A stretch of DNA of 63,688 bases, filler included, from Thraustochytrium aureum (Eukaryota): the NCBI GenBank assembly GCA_012862495.1. It is 5 parts of 3 records of this genome, joined end to end, with 100 filler letters (N's around TTAATTAATTAA, not from the genome) between each part and the next. Parts side by side here need not be neighbours in the genome. Positions count along the whole stretch, not along the records: positions 39,432 to 56,853 come from BLSG01000290.1; positions 56,954 to 62,081 come from BLSG01000290.1; positions 62,182 to 63,688 come from BLSG01000302.1; 2 more parts are not named here. One strand, 5' to 3'. A program made the translations under genes and the position numbers. The notes beneath the pieces were generated by a model. That model saw nothing but the letters and a program-made list of their open reading frames with translations, was not told the origin of the DNA and made no database searches. This document shows, piece by piece, positions 52,401-63,344 of the stretch; position 1 is the first letter of the stretch, and every line of letters starts with the position of its first letter.

Positions 52401-54610
52401 ACTTGACGCCAGCAGTCGCTGGCGCCCCCCTCGACGGGCTCCATGGGGTCGTCCAGGCGCAGGTCGCTCGAGCTGTCGTCAAGCTCGGGGATCACGCCCG
52501 TTGTGTCAAGCACGCGATCCGGAAGAAGATTGTCAAACGCCCGCGACCACAATGTCGCTTCGCTTCGAGGCGGGTACCGCTGGTCGCGTTTCGATCTGGC
52601 GCCCTGACCGGCTCGCGGGTTTGAAACAAACGAGCAAAACCTGAAGATCGCCTCGGCTGCCATGCTCTTTGCTTCGGGACATGCCGCGTTTGCCGCAACT
52701 GTGGTCAAGGTGTCCAGTCCGCCAAATGCGTTGGCGAGGAGGCAGCAGCCCTCGCTATGCGCGGAGAGCGTGTAGACCAAAAACGCGATGAGGGTCTCAA
52801 CGCGCTCGACGCGCTCATCGTCCTCTGTCGCCTCGGTTGAATCTGTGGAGCTCGAACCAAGAGAGGCCTGATTTAGCTTGGGCTCGACCTTGTCGTGCTC
52901 GTGGAGCGCAGCTGAGGTGGCCAAAAACTCGAGAGGCGGCGTCACGAGGAAGGCCAGGATCGGTTGAAAGCAAACCGAGGGCAGCGCGCGCGCGGCGTTC
53001 TCCAGGAGAAAGAGGTGGAGCAGGGTGGCCAGCGCGCTGTCGCGCACCTGCTCGATGTGGCGCGTGAGGACGACGAGGCGCGATGCAAGGGCTGCCAGAA
53101 TGGCGCGCGGTAGAGGGACCTGAAGCTCGATGTGGCGGCGCAGCAGTCCACGCATCGCATGCAGGATTTGAGCCAGCATAGTCACGCCCCGGTCCTTCCA
53201 GGTCGGGTCTGTTGAGGTAGCCATCCTGATGCAGTGCGCCGCGCATGCCGAGAGGTGGCGCAGGAGCGAGAGACCCATAATTTGCATCGGTGGTTCGGCA
53301 GTCGGAGGTTGGGTGCTGTCAAAGCCTGCAAGCATGTCAGAGGCGTCCTCATTCGTGCAAGCATCAGCGAGCAGCTCAACGACCATTGCTCTTGTTTCGT
53401 AGTCGAGGCTGTCGGGCATCTCGGAAAAGAGCCCCGCCAAGGCGCAAACAAGTCTGGACCAGCGCCGAGGATCGCGGAGGGTGTGGTCTTGTTGGGTGAT
53501 TGCGACGATCGCAGAGGGGTGCAATAGCCTGCACAAAATGAACACGGCGCGCTGTCGCAACGCGGTGTCCTCGGCTCCCGCAGCGATCATTGCAAAGTAC
53601 TTGCCGTGCTTGAGCGCCAGCCCGCCGCGCGCGAGGCTGCTCGTCGAGTGTTCTAGGATTCGCGCCGCCATGGACAAGAGAAGGTCGTGTAGAGTACAGC
53701 TCACGGGCTCTGCAATAACCTCGTCCAGGGGTGTCGCCTGCAAGAGTGCCAAGACGCGTTCGATCGTGTCAAGCTGGTGTAGGAGCGGGCTTATGGCTTC
53801 AGCGTCCGCGCAGAGCAAACCGTGCAGGGTATTGAGGGCTGCGAGCTGGACGGGCGTTCCGTCCGCAATGGATCGCTGGTCGTGTTCGACGAGATACATG
53901 AGTTCTGCCAGCCGCCCGATGCACGATTCCGGGTCCCCGGTGAGGAAGGCAGGCGCGTGGTTCTCCGGGTTGAGTGAGATCTCCCAAAGGGCATGGGCGA
54001 TCCAAGTCGGCGCACTGGTTTTGGGGTCTTGGCTCTCTCGCGCGATTTCGAGGCGGCTAAAGAGAGTGGACGCAACGCCAGCAACGCGACTCGCGCGCGC
54101 GTTGTCCCTCTGCTTTATCCAGGAGCGAACGACCAGGGACAAGTCTGCATCTGTTTGAATTTCTGCCCAGCCGTTTGTGCGGCTGTTCATGGCGAAAATG
54201 CGCGAGACTTGCACCGCCTCTGCGATTGATTGGCCTTTGTCCGTGCTTGAAGCCCGCGCGAGCGCCCGGCTCACGCGCGCACGGAGGCCATCGATGGGGC
54301 TCGCTGTTGTGAGTGGGAGAGTCGCATCTCTCACTAGGCCTGATGTCACCTGCGCCGTGCCCTGCCTGAGGATGGGCGGTCCATTGGAGCCAAGCGCGCT
54401 TGCGGCGCTCTGGCCAACCCATGGCTCGAGGTTTGTGCGAAGTGACGCGTCGACGTCGCGCAGCGCGGCGAGAGTCCGTAGCACGTGCACGCGTGCTTCT
54501 GCCACTTGATGCGGCCTTTCTTCGTCCTTGCCGTCCGCCAGGGCGCTGGCATTCCCCCGCAGTCCGTGGCCGTGTGCCATCGTCACCGCTGTTGAAGAAA
54601 GAGCAAGCAC
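49475..54610 (-). CDS. Large alpha-helical ARM/HEAT-like repeat protein (about 1700 aa; start uncertain)
   Basis: 5.1-kb uninterrupted ORF with ARM-like helices (AHALWEIS, VQLAALNTL, LVLALWSL, GGGRRLVEM..VQLSALFAL). Confidence 0.7.
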   Translation of the reverse strand: MLALSSTAVTMAHGHGLRGNASALADGKDEERPHQVAEARVHVLRTLAALRDVDASLRTNLEPWVGQSAASALGSNGPPILRQGTAQVTSGLVRDATLPLTTASPIDGLRARVSRALARASSTDKGQSIAEAVQVSRIFAMNSRTNGWAEIQTDADLSLVVRSWIKQRDNARASRVAGVASTLFSRLEIARESQDPKTSAPTWIAHALWEISLNPENHAPAFLTGDPESCIGRLAELMYLVEHDQRSIADGTPVQLAALNTLHGLLCADAEAISPLLHQLDTIERVLALLQATPLDEVIAEPVSCTLHDLLLSMAARILEHSTSSLARGGLALKHGKYFAMIAAGAEDTALRQRAVFILCRLLHPSAIVAITQQDHTLRDPRRWSRLVCALAGLFSEMPDSLDYETRAMVVELLADACTNEDASDMLAGFDSTQPPTAEPPMQIMGLSLLRHLSACAAHCIRMATSTDPTWKDRGVTMLAQILHAMRGLLRRHIELQVPLPRAILAALASRLVVLTRHIEQVRDSALATLLHLFLLENAARALPSVCFQPILAFLVTPPLEFLATSAALHEHDKVEPKLNQASLGSSSTDSTEATEDDERVERVETLIAFLVYTLSAHSEGCCLLANAFGGLDTLTTVAANAACPEAKSMAAEAIFRFCSFVSNPRAGQGARSKRDQRYPPRSEATLWSRAFDNLLPDRVLDTTGVIPELDDSSSDLRLDDPMEPVEGGASDCWRQVARCNVTDDHDEVLCTRFPQRSRHANPGTLGQLCQLIERSARDDASPAALRSLVLALWSLLREDESVQALSSNHVESLCAALASVMGHDAVSVISLLQVVYVALGNETLLEPVARAMPLFTTLFKLTLGILERVARAGGRSRMRRATEIIDWVLKLVWLVASREGDLCDQPELLGLLYCAIGQPYVQRVHQRICANIVHELCKFHGPGLLRGMSAALRFDGEEGDEGDELDVSDYMLEYVLHCVESNDFLLRGIGALTFARLPFTKSALVSFEARGGGRRLVEMAWLRKLPDVQLSALFALEKLVGEENVQIRFARYGLMPVLILAKEFKEAVRAGLPRSNNSIATPVTRLALTKEDSTNCSMRVPRAVTDMYDNSAGDAASTASDDESKADANPADDADQIQIRPRGRRHSLSSVSTGGDSGSELVLKNTLASSKDKPRGSSAQGALPTQHAAAKSAADRFKWVPDNALEQLHLLAEVMQRLASNTANRTKLYQAELNLRNYPAQTTHAMFTFPWTSDGDRVQMHAQAHSAGLPTNAPAGGPKGGFLRWLGDAFESGKPETQLATPQGRGNEQCAKGLSATFNQALREPAKRLWHAERPDSRKAAQKRWSPRVQHISVKECAVRPAAQAPFEASEPASRMATSKHNNAGAPLLTAFARAGQPKSPVSGLTRSEAAERRKSIAGDLGPLLGGGGPEDADSKQLTVSVEMAERVQRRRDALLRKLGITVRSKDTKEECLEVKLKSVFRFGSTAALSMMHVEENSVDAGLGAGLLGGRRPKDDRRMVCMFRRVPGSRVYEQAGMRSYHVDESRQVFLYSTIQESLALPHGYEPPGAPTIKQVSHSFEHVVNREGPLVTVSISDELVPLVRPEHSVLQRLGVDLFGGAIHRPRISCFATRLDADESPAWDANGVFFDKPLPIALFSIELLGVFDPSALPRLADVEAKPIQKRKPRRTKARRNRGSLTANLDGTSFDSH

Positions 54611-55072
54611 TGCTCTCCACAGCCGAGAGCTGACCGAATCGGNNNNNNNNNNNNNNNNNNNNNNNNNNNNNNNNNNNNNNNNNNNNNNNNNNNNNNNNNN
54701 NNNNNNNNNNNNNNNNNNNNNNNNNNNNNNNNNNNNNNNNNNNNNNNNNNNNNNNNNNNNNNNNNNNNNNNNNNNNNNNNNNNNNNNNNNNNNNNNNNNN
54801 NNNNNNNNNNNNNNNTCCTATCGTCTCGCCAGCGGCCGTGCAGGCCTTGGACGGTCGCCCAGGCCACTGGCCCGATTGCATCGCCAGTCCGCCACGCCGC
54901 AAGGCCGCACCGCGACGCGGACTGGCGAGAGGTCGTCGGAGAGGCGAGGCGAGGAGAAGAAGAGTTGGTGGTAAAATGGTACGAATCAGAGTGGCCGAGG
55001 ACGGCGCCCCAAAACTTGGCAGCCGCCACAAGCGGACACACTAGCACACAAGAAAAGAGCTGGGCACGTGCA

Positions 55073-56853
55073 CTACGATGCGGCCTTTGCCGACGGCGCA
55101 GCGCGCTGCTGAGTTGCGCCGGCGAGGGCAGCGGCCGGCGAGGGCCCCGAGGCGCTCGCAGGCGTCTTGAGCGCGTTGATGATGAGCGAGCAGAGGCGCA
55201 TGAACGAGAAGCAGCCGCTGATCCCCCCCGGCGCTGAAAGTCCAGGAGGTAGATCGTGGGCTGCACCTTGTAAAGCTGCAGCGAGACATAGACCCACTCG
55301 TCAGGCACGTTGGGGTCGTTAACGCCGAGGCACGAGGGCCGCCAGCGGCAGGTGACGCGGTAAGGGTTGCTCGGCGCGTAGTGCCAGTGCGAGCGGAGGG
55401 ACTTGAGGGCGCGAAACACTTCGCTCATGACGAGCTCCGGCTCCTTCTTCGACTGGATGCCCAGGTACCACTTGCGGCCGTGCGCCCTCGACCTGTGGCG
55501 GTGCGCAGCCGCGGTGGAGGACCCGACATGGCCCGGCGTCGACGAGGCCGAGCCCGCAGAGACAGGGACCCCGTCCGCGTCGACTGCCCCTGGCCTGTGG
55601 TGAACCCCCACGGACGATGGCCGGCCCGGCCCTGCCCAGGCATCGACGACGGCCCGTACGGCGAAGTAAGGTGCGAGGGAGTGGCCGGCCCCGTCTGGCG
55701 CGCACCGCGTGAGGAGCCGTCTCTAGAGGGCGAGGGGCGCGCGCCCACGCGCGAAGGCCCTGGCTCGGAGGCAGGCCCAATCGCTTTCGGTGAGAAGGCA
55801 GGGTACGAGCTGGCCTCGTTGGCGAGCGTTTTCGAGGCGCGCAACTCGGCGGCGCGGACGCGGGCCTGCATCTGGTCGAGGTACAGGTGATAAATGACCT
55901 GGATGAACGTCTTGCGCTTCGAGTTGATGGCGGCGATGACGCCTGCGCGGCCGCGGGTCTGCACGAAGGGGTGCTGGAGGCGCAAGATCTCGCTCACGCA
56001 CTCCTCGTTGATCTCGTCGGTCTCCGTGGCGAGCGACTGCTGGTTGACGGGAAGAGACAGGTAGGGCGGGAGCCTGGTGGTGAAGAACGGGTGCGCGCGT
56101 ATCTCGTCGATCTTGATCCGCTGCGTGGGGTCCACGACGAGCATGCGCGGGATGAGATCGCGGCTGGCCTCGTCCAGGTAGGACGGCAAGACGTAGTGGC
56201 CGTTTCGGATCTTGCGGAAGAGGCGTGGGATGGACTCGTCGTCGAAGGGGAGCATCCCGCAGAGCAGCGCGTAGAGGATGACGCCGCAGCTCCAGATGTC
56301 CACCTCTGGCCCGGCGTAGAGGTTGCCCGAGATGACCTCGGGAGCGGCATAGTTTGGCGACCCGCAGCTTGTGCGCAGGAACTCGCCGTCGTGCATAATA
56401 TTGGAGAGGCCAAAGTCTGCTACCTTGACGTTCAGGTCTGCGCTGAGCAGGAGATTTTCGGGCTTGAGGTCGCGGTGCACCACCTTGGAGTTGTGGCAGT
56501 AGGCCACGCCGGAGACGATCTGCTGGAAGAACTGGCGCGCCTCGTCGAGGTGCAACCGCCCCTTGGACACGATGTAGTCGAAGAGCTCGCCGCCCGCGAC
56601 GTACTCCATGACCAGAAATATGTCTGTTGGTGTCTCGATCACCTCGTAGAGGCGGATGATGTGCGGGTGCACGAATATTTTAAGGATCTGGATCTCGCGG
56701 CGGACCTTTTCCTCCATGTCGAGCGAGCGGATGCGTGCGCGGTTGAGGACCTTGATGGCCACCAGCTGGCCGGTAAGGACGTGTTCGGCCAGCTTGACCT
56801 TGCCGAAGGAGCCGATGCCGAGCGTCTTGCCTAGGAGGTACTCGCCGATCTGC
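55073..56853 (-). CDS. SNF1: SNF1/AMPK catalytic alpha subunit (5'-partial; frameshifts near 55625 and at 55223-55229)
   Basis: LGKTLGIGSFGKVK, HPHIIRLYEVI, HRDLKPEN, DFGLSN, FLRTSCGSPNYAAPEVISGNLYAGPEVD. C-terminal domain KWYLGIQSK..LQLYKV..YLLDFQ..FMRLCSLII. Confidence 0.95.
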
Positions 56854-56953
56854 NNNNNNNNNNNNNNNNNNNNNNNNNNNNNNNNNNNNNNNNNNNNTTA
56901 ATTAATTAANNNNNNNNNNNNNNNNNNNNNNNNNNNNNNNNNNNNNNNNNNNN
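56854..56953. other. Artificial scaffold spacer
   Basis: TTAATTAATTAA at 56898-56909 flanked by 44 N each side. Confidence 0.95.
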
Positions 56954-56955
56954 TT

Positions 56956-58262
56956 TCTAGCTCGCCGCTGCTCGACGAGGTCAACGTGTCCTGCGCGGTG
57001 GCGCTCGACACCAAGGGCCCCGAGATCCGGCTGGGCGACTTTGCCGTGCCCACTCCCGTGCAGATCGCGGCGGGCCAGACCGTCCGGCTCTCGACCAACC
57101 CGGAGATGCGGACCAAGCAAACCGAGTCGGAGCTGTTCGTGGACTACGCGTCGCTGAAAAGCTGCCTCGATGTCGGCGGCAAGGTGTTTATCGACGACGG
57201 CCTCCTGAGTCTGACCGTCACGGCCTTTGAGGCAGACGACCAGGGCAAAGACGTGGCCGTGTGCGTCGCGGACAACTCGGCCAGCATCTCGTCGCGCAAG
57301 GGCGTCAACCTGCCTGACGCAGTACTCGACCTACCTGCCGTGTCGGACAAGGACCGCGCCGACCTCGAGTTCGCGCGCAAGCACTCCGTCGATTTTATCT
57401 TTGCCTCGTTCATCCGCAAGAGGGAGCACATCCAGGAAATCCGCAGCATCGTTGGTGATGGGATCGGCATCATCGCAAAGATCGAAAACGCCGAAGGGGT
57501 GCGAAACCTGGACGGCATCATCGACGAGGCTGACGGGGTCATGGTCGCCCGCGGGGACCTGGGCATTGAGATCCCGCAAGAGTATGTCTTTCTTGCGCAA
57601 AAGCTCATCATCTCCAAGGCCAACCTGAAGGGCAAGCCGGTGATCTGCGCAACGCAGATGCTCGACTCGATGACGCGCTCGCCGCGCCCAACGCGCGCCG
57701 AGTGCGCGGACACCGCCAACGCGGTCCTCGACGGGTGCGACGCGGTCATGCTGAGCGGCGAGACCGCCAACGGCGCATATCCCATGCTGACGGTGCAGAC
57801 GATGAGTCGCATTTGCCAGACGGCCGAGTACTCTGTGGACCGGCGGCAGACGACCGAGATGATCCGGCGCGCGATCGCCGAGGACGACCCGCCCGCGGCC
57901 AAGCCGTTGTGCGAGGGCCTGGTGCTGGCCGCTGTGATTGCCGCGTCAGAGGAGAACGCCAAGGCGCTCATCGTGCTGAGCGAGACGGGCATCTCTGCCA
58001 AAATCGCGGCCAAGTACCGGCCGTCAGCGTGCATCATCTGCGTCACCAGCAACCAGCAGGTGGGCGGCAGCTCAACCTGTCGAAAGGCGTTCGGGTGCAT
58101 GCGGTGCCGCGTGGCATGGACATTCAGGATGCCATCAGCACAGGGATCAAGCGTGCGCATCACTGGGGCTTGGTGTCTGAGGGCGATCGAGTTGTGGCAA
58201 TCCACTCGCAAGGCGAGGTGATGCGTTTGCTAGAGGTCCCGTCCTGGATTGGGCGCGTCTGA
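56956..58262 (+). CDS. PYK: Pyruvate kinase (5'-partial; frameshift near 58061)
   Basis: ALDTKGPEIR, IDDG, KGVNLP, IIAKIEN, DGVMVARGDLG, ATQMLDSM, PTRAE, DAVMLSGETA, KYRP. The C-terminus RQLNLSKGV..GDRVV is in the shifted frame. Confidence 0.96.
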
Positions 58263-59123
58263 TTCTGCGCATGCCGCGTGGGAGTATTCTCAAACCGGAT
58301 CTTTCCTTGTTTCGTACGCGCGTGGCCCGCCCCCGACGTGCAATGGATGCGAGGCATGCGACTGGCAGCGCAAGCCAACAAGGAGAACTACTATGTTGCT
58401 GTTTTGCTTGTTTTCCCAACCCCGTGAATGCGCTTGCATGCGCGTCACTCGCTCCGTGTGATGCGTTGCGCGCTCTCGCGCGGTAATCTGGCCTGGCGGA
58501 TTTCCTACGCAAAACTCGCACCACACGTGCGCAACGCGGCCCCACCGTCTCCAAGACGGACAGCCGCGCCGAAGACAGCCATGCAGCGCACGCGTTCGGG
58601 GCCGAACGTGATCGTTGCGCGCTCTCTGTCTCTCCTAGGGGTTGCTCGCCACTGAGTCGCCAGTCATCGGTGCCTCCCGCCCAAATTGTGCGCAAGCCAA
58701 CTCCAGTTGTCGCACCTTGGGCTTGAGCGAGGAGGATCGTCTCGCGGCTGCCAACGCTCGCTTGCAAACGCGGACCGGACAACGCGCTCGGACGAAAACG
58801 AAAGAGCCTGCATAGACCGCCGGGCGCTAAAATGTGGCGCCAAAATGTGGCGTGTGCTGCGCACCCGCGGTTGTCGGGGCTGCGAGTTGCTTGCTTTCGA
58901 GTCCATGCCATGATCCTTGCACGGCGTGCCCGAAACGCCAGCCCGCCCGCGCCCGCAAACCATCCTTGTGCAGGTAGGTAAACGGCTTTCGATGTTGTGA
59001 CGCGGCAAGCTCCTACCATCCTTGCACCTTGAAGGTTGTTCTTCCGTGGTTTGGTTGCAGCGGGCAAGCGTAACGGCAGAAGTGGTTGAGATTGCACAAC
59101 TCGCAGCCTTGCTCGCTCAATTG

Positions 59124-60203
59124 CCTCCCTCCCTCCCTCCCTCCCTCCCTCCGCGTCGAGCATTGCAGAGCGACTGTGATGCGCGTTGTCCTCCTCGCCT
59201 GCCAGGCGCACCGCAGCCACGGCAAAGCCCTCGTGCCGTTCACGCCCCGGCAGCGCAGCGCAGCGCAGCGCAGCGTGGGTCCGAGAAGGGGCGCGCGCGC
59301 ATTGCTTGAGCGGAGCCCAACAAGCCAAAGGACAAATTCTTGATTTCCAGCGCGGACCCCACCAGAACGGAACAGCTTGCAAATCCACTGCATTCCTTCA
59401 CCAGACGCTCGCTCTGCCTCACGCACAGCCCACGCAGACGACCTGCCCCATCACGGGTGTGCGATGTCAAAGCGGCGAGTCGTTCGCCTTTGCAACAGAG
59501 GAGCCGCAGCTCCACCTGTCCAGGCATGCGACGGGCCTCGCTCGCAACCACCTCCTCGCCTTGCCCGGCCGGAGACTTGCCGGAGCTGAGCTCGAGCCTA
59601 ACACCCGTTCACGGTTTTCCTCGTGCAAGCGGCGCGCGTGCGGAAATCCAATCCCTCGCTGCGGCTTGGCTGCCGCAGTCACACCTGTCACATCATCGTC
59701 GGCAACCAACCTCACTCTCTTGCAGCTCGCAAGGGCGACCGAAGGGCTGAGGGCCATCGCAGAATTCGGAAGAGCGAAAAAACCACAATAAAATTCATCC
59801 TCCCCTCGCGGTGCTCTCTCTCCAGCTGGCGCTGGCTAGCTAGAGAGCTGCCGCGAGCCAGAGCGTCAAGAGCGGGTAGGAGCCAGGCTCGGCCTCGTGA
59901 TGGTGCATGCACGCTCGGCAGGCGAATCCCCGCGGTGCATGCTCGCGGCGCGCTCGTGCATGTTGGGGCTGGCTGGCTACCAGTGGCTGTGCATTCGCGT
60001 TTGCGCCACGATTTCCCTGCCGCCAGAAGGTGAAACCCTTCGAGGTCTTCGCGCGCTGGCGGCCTCCTCCCCCGCCTCTTCCTCCTCCTGGTTGGGCGAG
60101 TGGTGGCGCAGCGTTGCACTTTCACGAGTCCAGGCGAGCGCCTGCCGGTGCGAAAGCCGCGCTACACTGGCTGGTTGGCTGGCTGGCTGGCTGGCTGGCT
60201 GGC
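59124..60203. repeat. Intergenic microsatellites: (CCTC)n 59124-59152, (GCAGC)n 59250-59275, (GGCT)n 60167-60203
   Basis: Direct reading. Confidence 0.85.
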
Positions 60204-61162
60204 CCTGCTGGCGGCTGGCAGGCGGGTGTGCTAGTTGGTGCTGTAGTGCGCTCGCCGCTTGCGTCTGGCAGCGGTTGAACTCCCTCCCTCCACGGCGCCT
60301 CCACAACGCGCGAGAACTCGAAGCGAGTCGATGCACGCGAGCGGGCCTGAGCGCCGGCCGGCTGGCCCCCTCCGGGCCCCGGGGCTCGCAGGAGGAGTGA
60401 GTGACCCGAGAAGGTATTCAACCCGATCTCCCGATCTCGAGAGTCTAGTTCATTTCTTGGCGCACAATTATTGGAGCGGCCCAGACAGTCTGCTCGCGAG
60501 ATTTTGGGAGGGGCGGCGGGCGCGCCTTTCAAGAGACCCGCCAGCGCGAGGCGGACTTGGTCACGCTCACTTGCTGGTGCAAGGAGGCCAGCAGATCGCA
60601 GCAGTCCTCCATCGCAAGCACTAGTCCGTCCACNNNNNNNNNNNNNNNNNNNNNNNNNNNNNNNNNNNNNNNNNNNNNNNNNNNNNNNNNNNNNNNNNNN
60701 NNNNNNNNNNNNNNNNNNNNNNNNNNNNNNNNNNNNNNNNNNNNNNNNNNNNNNNNNNNNNNNNNNNNNNNNNNNNNNNNNNNNNNNNNNNNNNNNNNNN
60801 NNNNNNNNNNNNNNNNNNNNNNNNNNNNNNNNNNNNNNNNNNNNNNNNNNNNNNNNNNNNNNNNNNNNNNNNNNNNNNNNNNNNNNNNNNNNNNNNNNNN
60901 NNNNNNNNNNNNNNNNNNNNNNNNNNNNNNNNNNNNNNNNNNNNNNNNNNNNNNNNNNNNNNNNNNNNNNNNNNNNNNNNNNNNNNNNNNNNNNNNNNNN
61001 NNNNNNNNNNNNGCGGCAGCGGCAGCAGCGGCAAGCAGCTTCGAGCAGGAGCAGCACAGAAGCGGCAAGCACCGGCGGGAAAGCGCGAGGGGCGGCTGGG
61101 CTGGCACGAGCTCGAGCGGCTGTCGCGGGCCTGGGCGGCCACTCGGCGAACAAGGCGAAAGG

Positions 61163-62081
61163 ATGTTGGCCTCGCTAAAAGGGGCGGGGTCCGCCCGCGC
61201 CTCGACGATGAGGAATAGGGGCTCGCACCATCACAACGCTGCAAAGCGCAGCAGCACAGCAAGCACTGTGACCTCGGCGTCCGGGTCTGACACCTACAGC
61301 GTGCACAGCTCTCCGCTCGCAGTGCTCCTGGCCGGTGGGCGCGCTGTGCGGATGGAAGGGTTTCTGAAGGAGAAGGGCGGCGTGGCGTTCGGATGGCGGA
61401 CCAAGTTTGTCTGCCTCGAGGAAGGACGCGTGCGCATCAGCAAGAACGACGACGAGGAGGACAACGGCGAGACAGACGCCTCCGAAGTGTTCAACCTCGT
61501 TGACCTCGAGATTCTCAAGTACGCCAAGCGCGGCGGCCAGATTTTCTCCTTGGTCTTCCCGAAGCGGGCCATCAAGCTCAAGGCCGCCTCGGGCGAAGAG
61601 GCAGAGGCCTGGGTGCAGCACCTGCTGCAAGAGCTGAAAAACCAGGCCCAGCTCCTGGGCAAGTGCGCGCAACTGCTGATCAAGAACGAGCAGCAGCGCG
61701 GCGTCGAGCAGCTGCTGCGCCAGACCGTGCGCATGTGGACCTTGGCGAACGGCGAGCTGCACGAGACGGTGGCCGAGGCGCTCGAGCGCCTCGGCGAGTA
61801 CTTGGTCGCGAACGGTCGCGAGGCCGAGGCCGAGGCCTCGCTGACCCGCGTCGACATCATCCGCGACGGGCTAGCCGCTGGCCCCAAGAGCCTCAAGCCG
61901 ACCCGCGGAGGGCCAGGGAAGTATCGCGAGTCGCGCAGGCGCCAGAGCAACGCGGGCCTCGAGGAGCTCCAGGTGTGGCTCGAACTGCAGTCGATGGCCG
62001 AGGAAAGCGCCGACGTGCTCGCCCGCACCGAGCAGCTGCGCAAGCGCGAGAAGGAGCTCATTAAACTCATGTCCTCCCAGC
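61163..62081 (+). CDS. PH-domain protein with TPR-like helices and coiled coil (3'-partial)
   Basis: MEGFLKEKGG..WRTKFVCL..FSLVF..LKAASGEEAEAWV (PH); GELHETVAEALERLGEYLVANGREAEAE (kinesin-light-chain-type TPR). Confidence 0.8.
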
Positions 62082-62181
62082 NNNNNNNNNNNNNNNNNNN
62101 NNNNNNNNNNNNNNNNNNNNNNNNNTTAATTAATTAANNNNNNNNNNNNNNNNNNNNNNNNNNNNNNNNNNNNNNNNNNNN
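62082..62181. other. Artificial scaffold spacer
   Basis: TTAATTAATTAA at 62126-62137 flanked by 44 N each side. Confidence 0.95.
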
Positions 62182-63344
62182 GTTCCCAGCTGGGAGCGTC
62201 CCTTGTGACGAGGAAGGGCGAGGCTCGGGCGGTTTACTTGCGGTTTAATCTGCGGTGGTTGCGTTCGGTTGCGTTCGTTGCGGGTCTGCTTGATCATCCG
62301 ACGCATGGCCAGATCGATTGGCCAAAAGCCTTCGGATCAAAGGGTAGTGCTACCCTTCTGCTGTTGACGATTGGATCCGCTCGCTCGCGTGAGTCGCTTG
62401 GGCGAGGGACTGGGACGAGTCGATGATGCGATCTGTCCTTGAGTCAGTATGCAGAGCCCATGTTTATCAGCTGGGGCACACACTCTGCCGCTTTTTGTTG
62501 AAAACGGAACGCTTGTCATGCGGCCAAACCCACGTCCATGAGCTACGCGACAATCAGGCCAAACACGCGACCCATGGGACGATCGCGTGTCGACCTTGCT
62601 CGATTTCCACATGCTCATATCGCGATCGCACGGGTCGAGGCCTTGAGAAAGTCAAGTCCAATCGTCGACTGTCTGTCTCAACAACAGCAAGATAGCGCTA
62701 CCTTTTTCATCCCAAGGCGTTGGGCCGATCGATCGATCTGGCCATGTGTTGATCGCAAGGTCCAATTTCGTTGGTTGAGCANNNNNNNNNNNNNNNNNNN
62801 NNNNNNNNNNNNNNNNNNNNNNNNNNNNNNNNNNNNNNNNNNNNNNNNNNNNNNNNNNNNNNNNNNNNNNNNNNNNNNNNNNNNNNNNNNNNNNNNNNNN
62901 NNNNNNNNNNNNNNNNNNNNNNNNNNNNNNNNNNNNNNNNNNNNNNNNNNNNNNNNNNNNNNNNNNNNNNNNNNNNNNNNNNNNNNNNNNNNNNNNNNNN
63001 NNNNNNNNNNNNNNNNNNNNCGCCTATACTACGCATTCGCGAACCCCTGTCCCTCCTTTTTCTTAAAGGACGCCGACCACTACCTTTTTACATTCTCAAA
63101 TGCATTTCGAAACCCCTGTGCTCCTGCGTGACCATGACAGCAAAATCAATATTCGTCGGTGATATTTTCCAAGTTTATCCGCCAGTTCTTCTGTCCAAGC
63201 ACTGTCTCCCCCACTCGCACTATCACCCAGTTCTTCTGGTGCGCACCAGGGCTGGTTTCACAGAAACTCTCGTGCACCTTTTACACACAAACCACCTATT
63301 CGAGGAAACACATATACACCCCACTCAGTTCTTCTCGCACACCT

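Noticed and set aside
5523..58262. Genome-wide programmed ribosomal frameshifting (Euplotes-like) or mass pseudogenisation
   Set aside because: No shared slippery or stop motif, both +1 and -1 events, homopolymer association, no accompanying nonsense decay, and long genes (VAC14, ARM, MOB-TIR) are unaffected.
55073..58262. SNF1 and pyruvate kinase as a divergent metabolic gene pair
   Set aside because: They are separated by an artificial spacer and both are 5'-truncated, so adjacency is unsupported.
58263..60633. Many short overlapping ORFs
   Set aside because: Arg/Ala/Pro-rich shadow ORFs expected at high GC, with microsatellites and no recognisable motifs; treated as intergenic.
21751..62137. 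Four identical TTAATTAATTAA motifs as a biological repeat or piggyBac TTAA sites
   Set aside because: Each is centred in exactly 44+44 N and gives six-frame stops, so they are assembly linkers.
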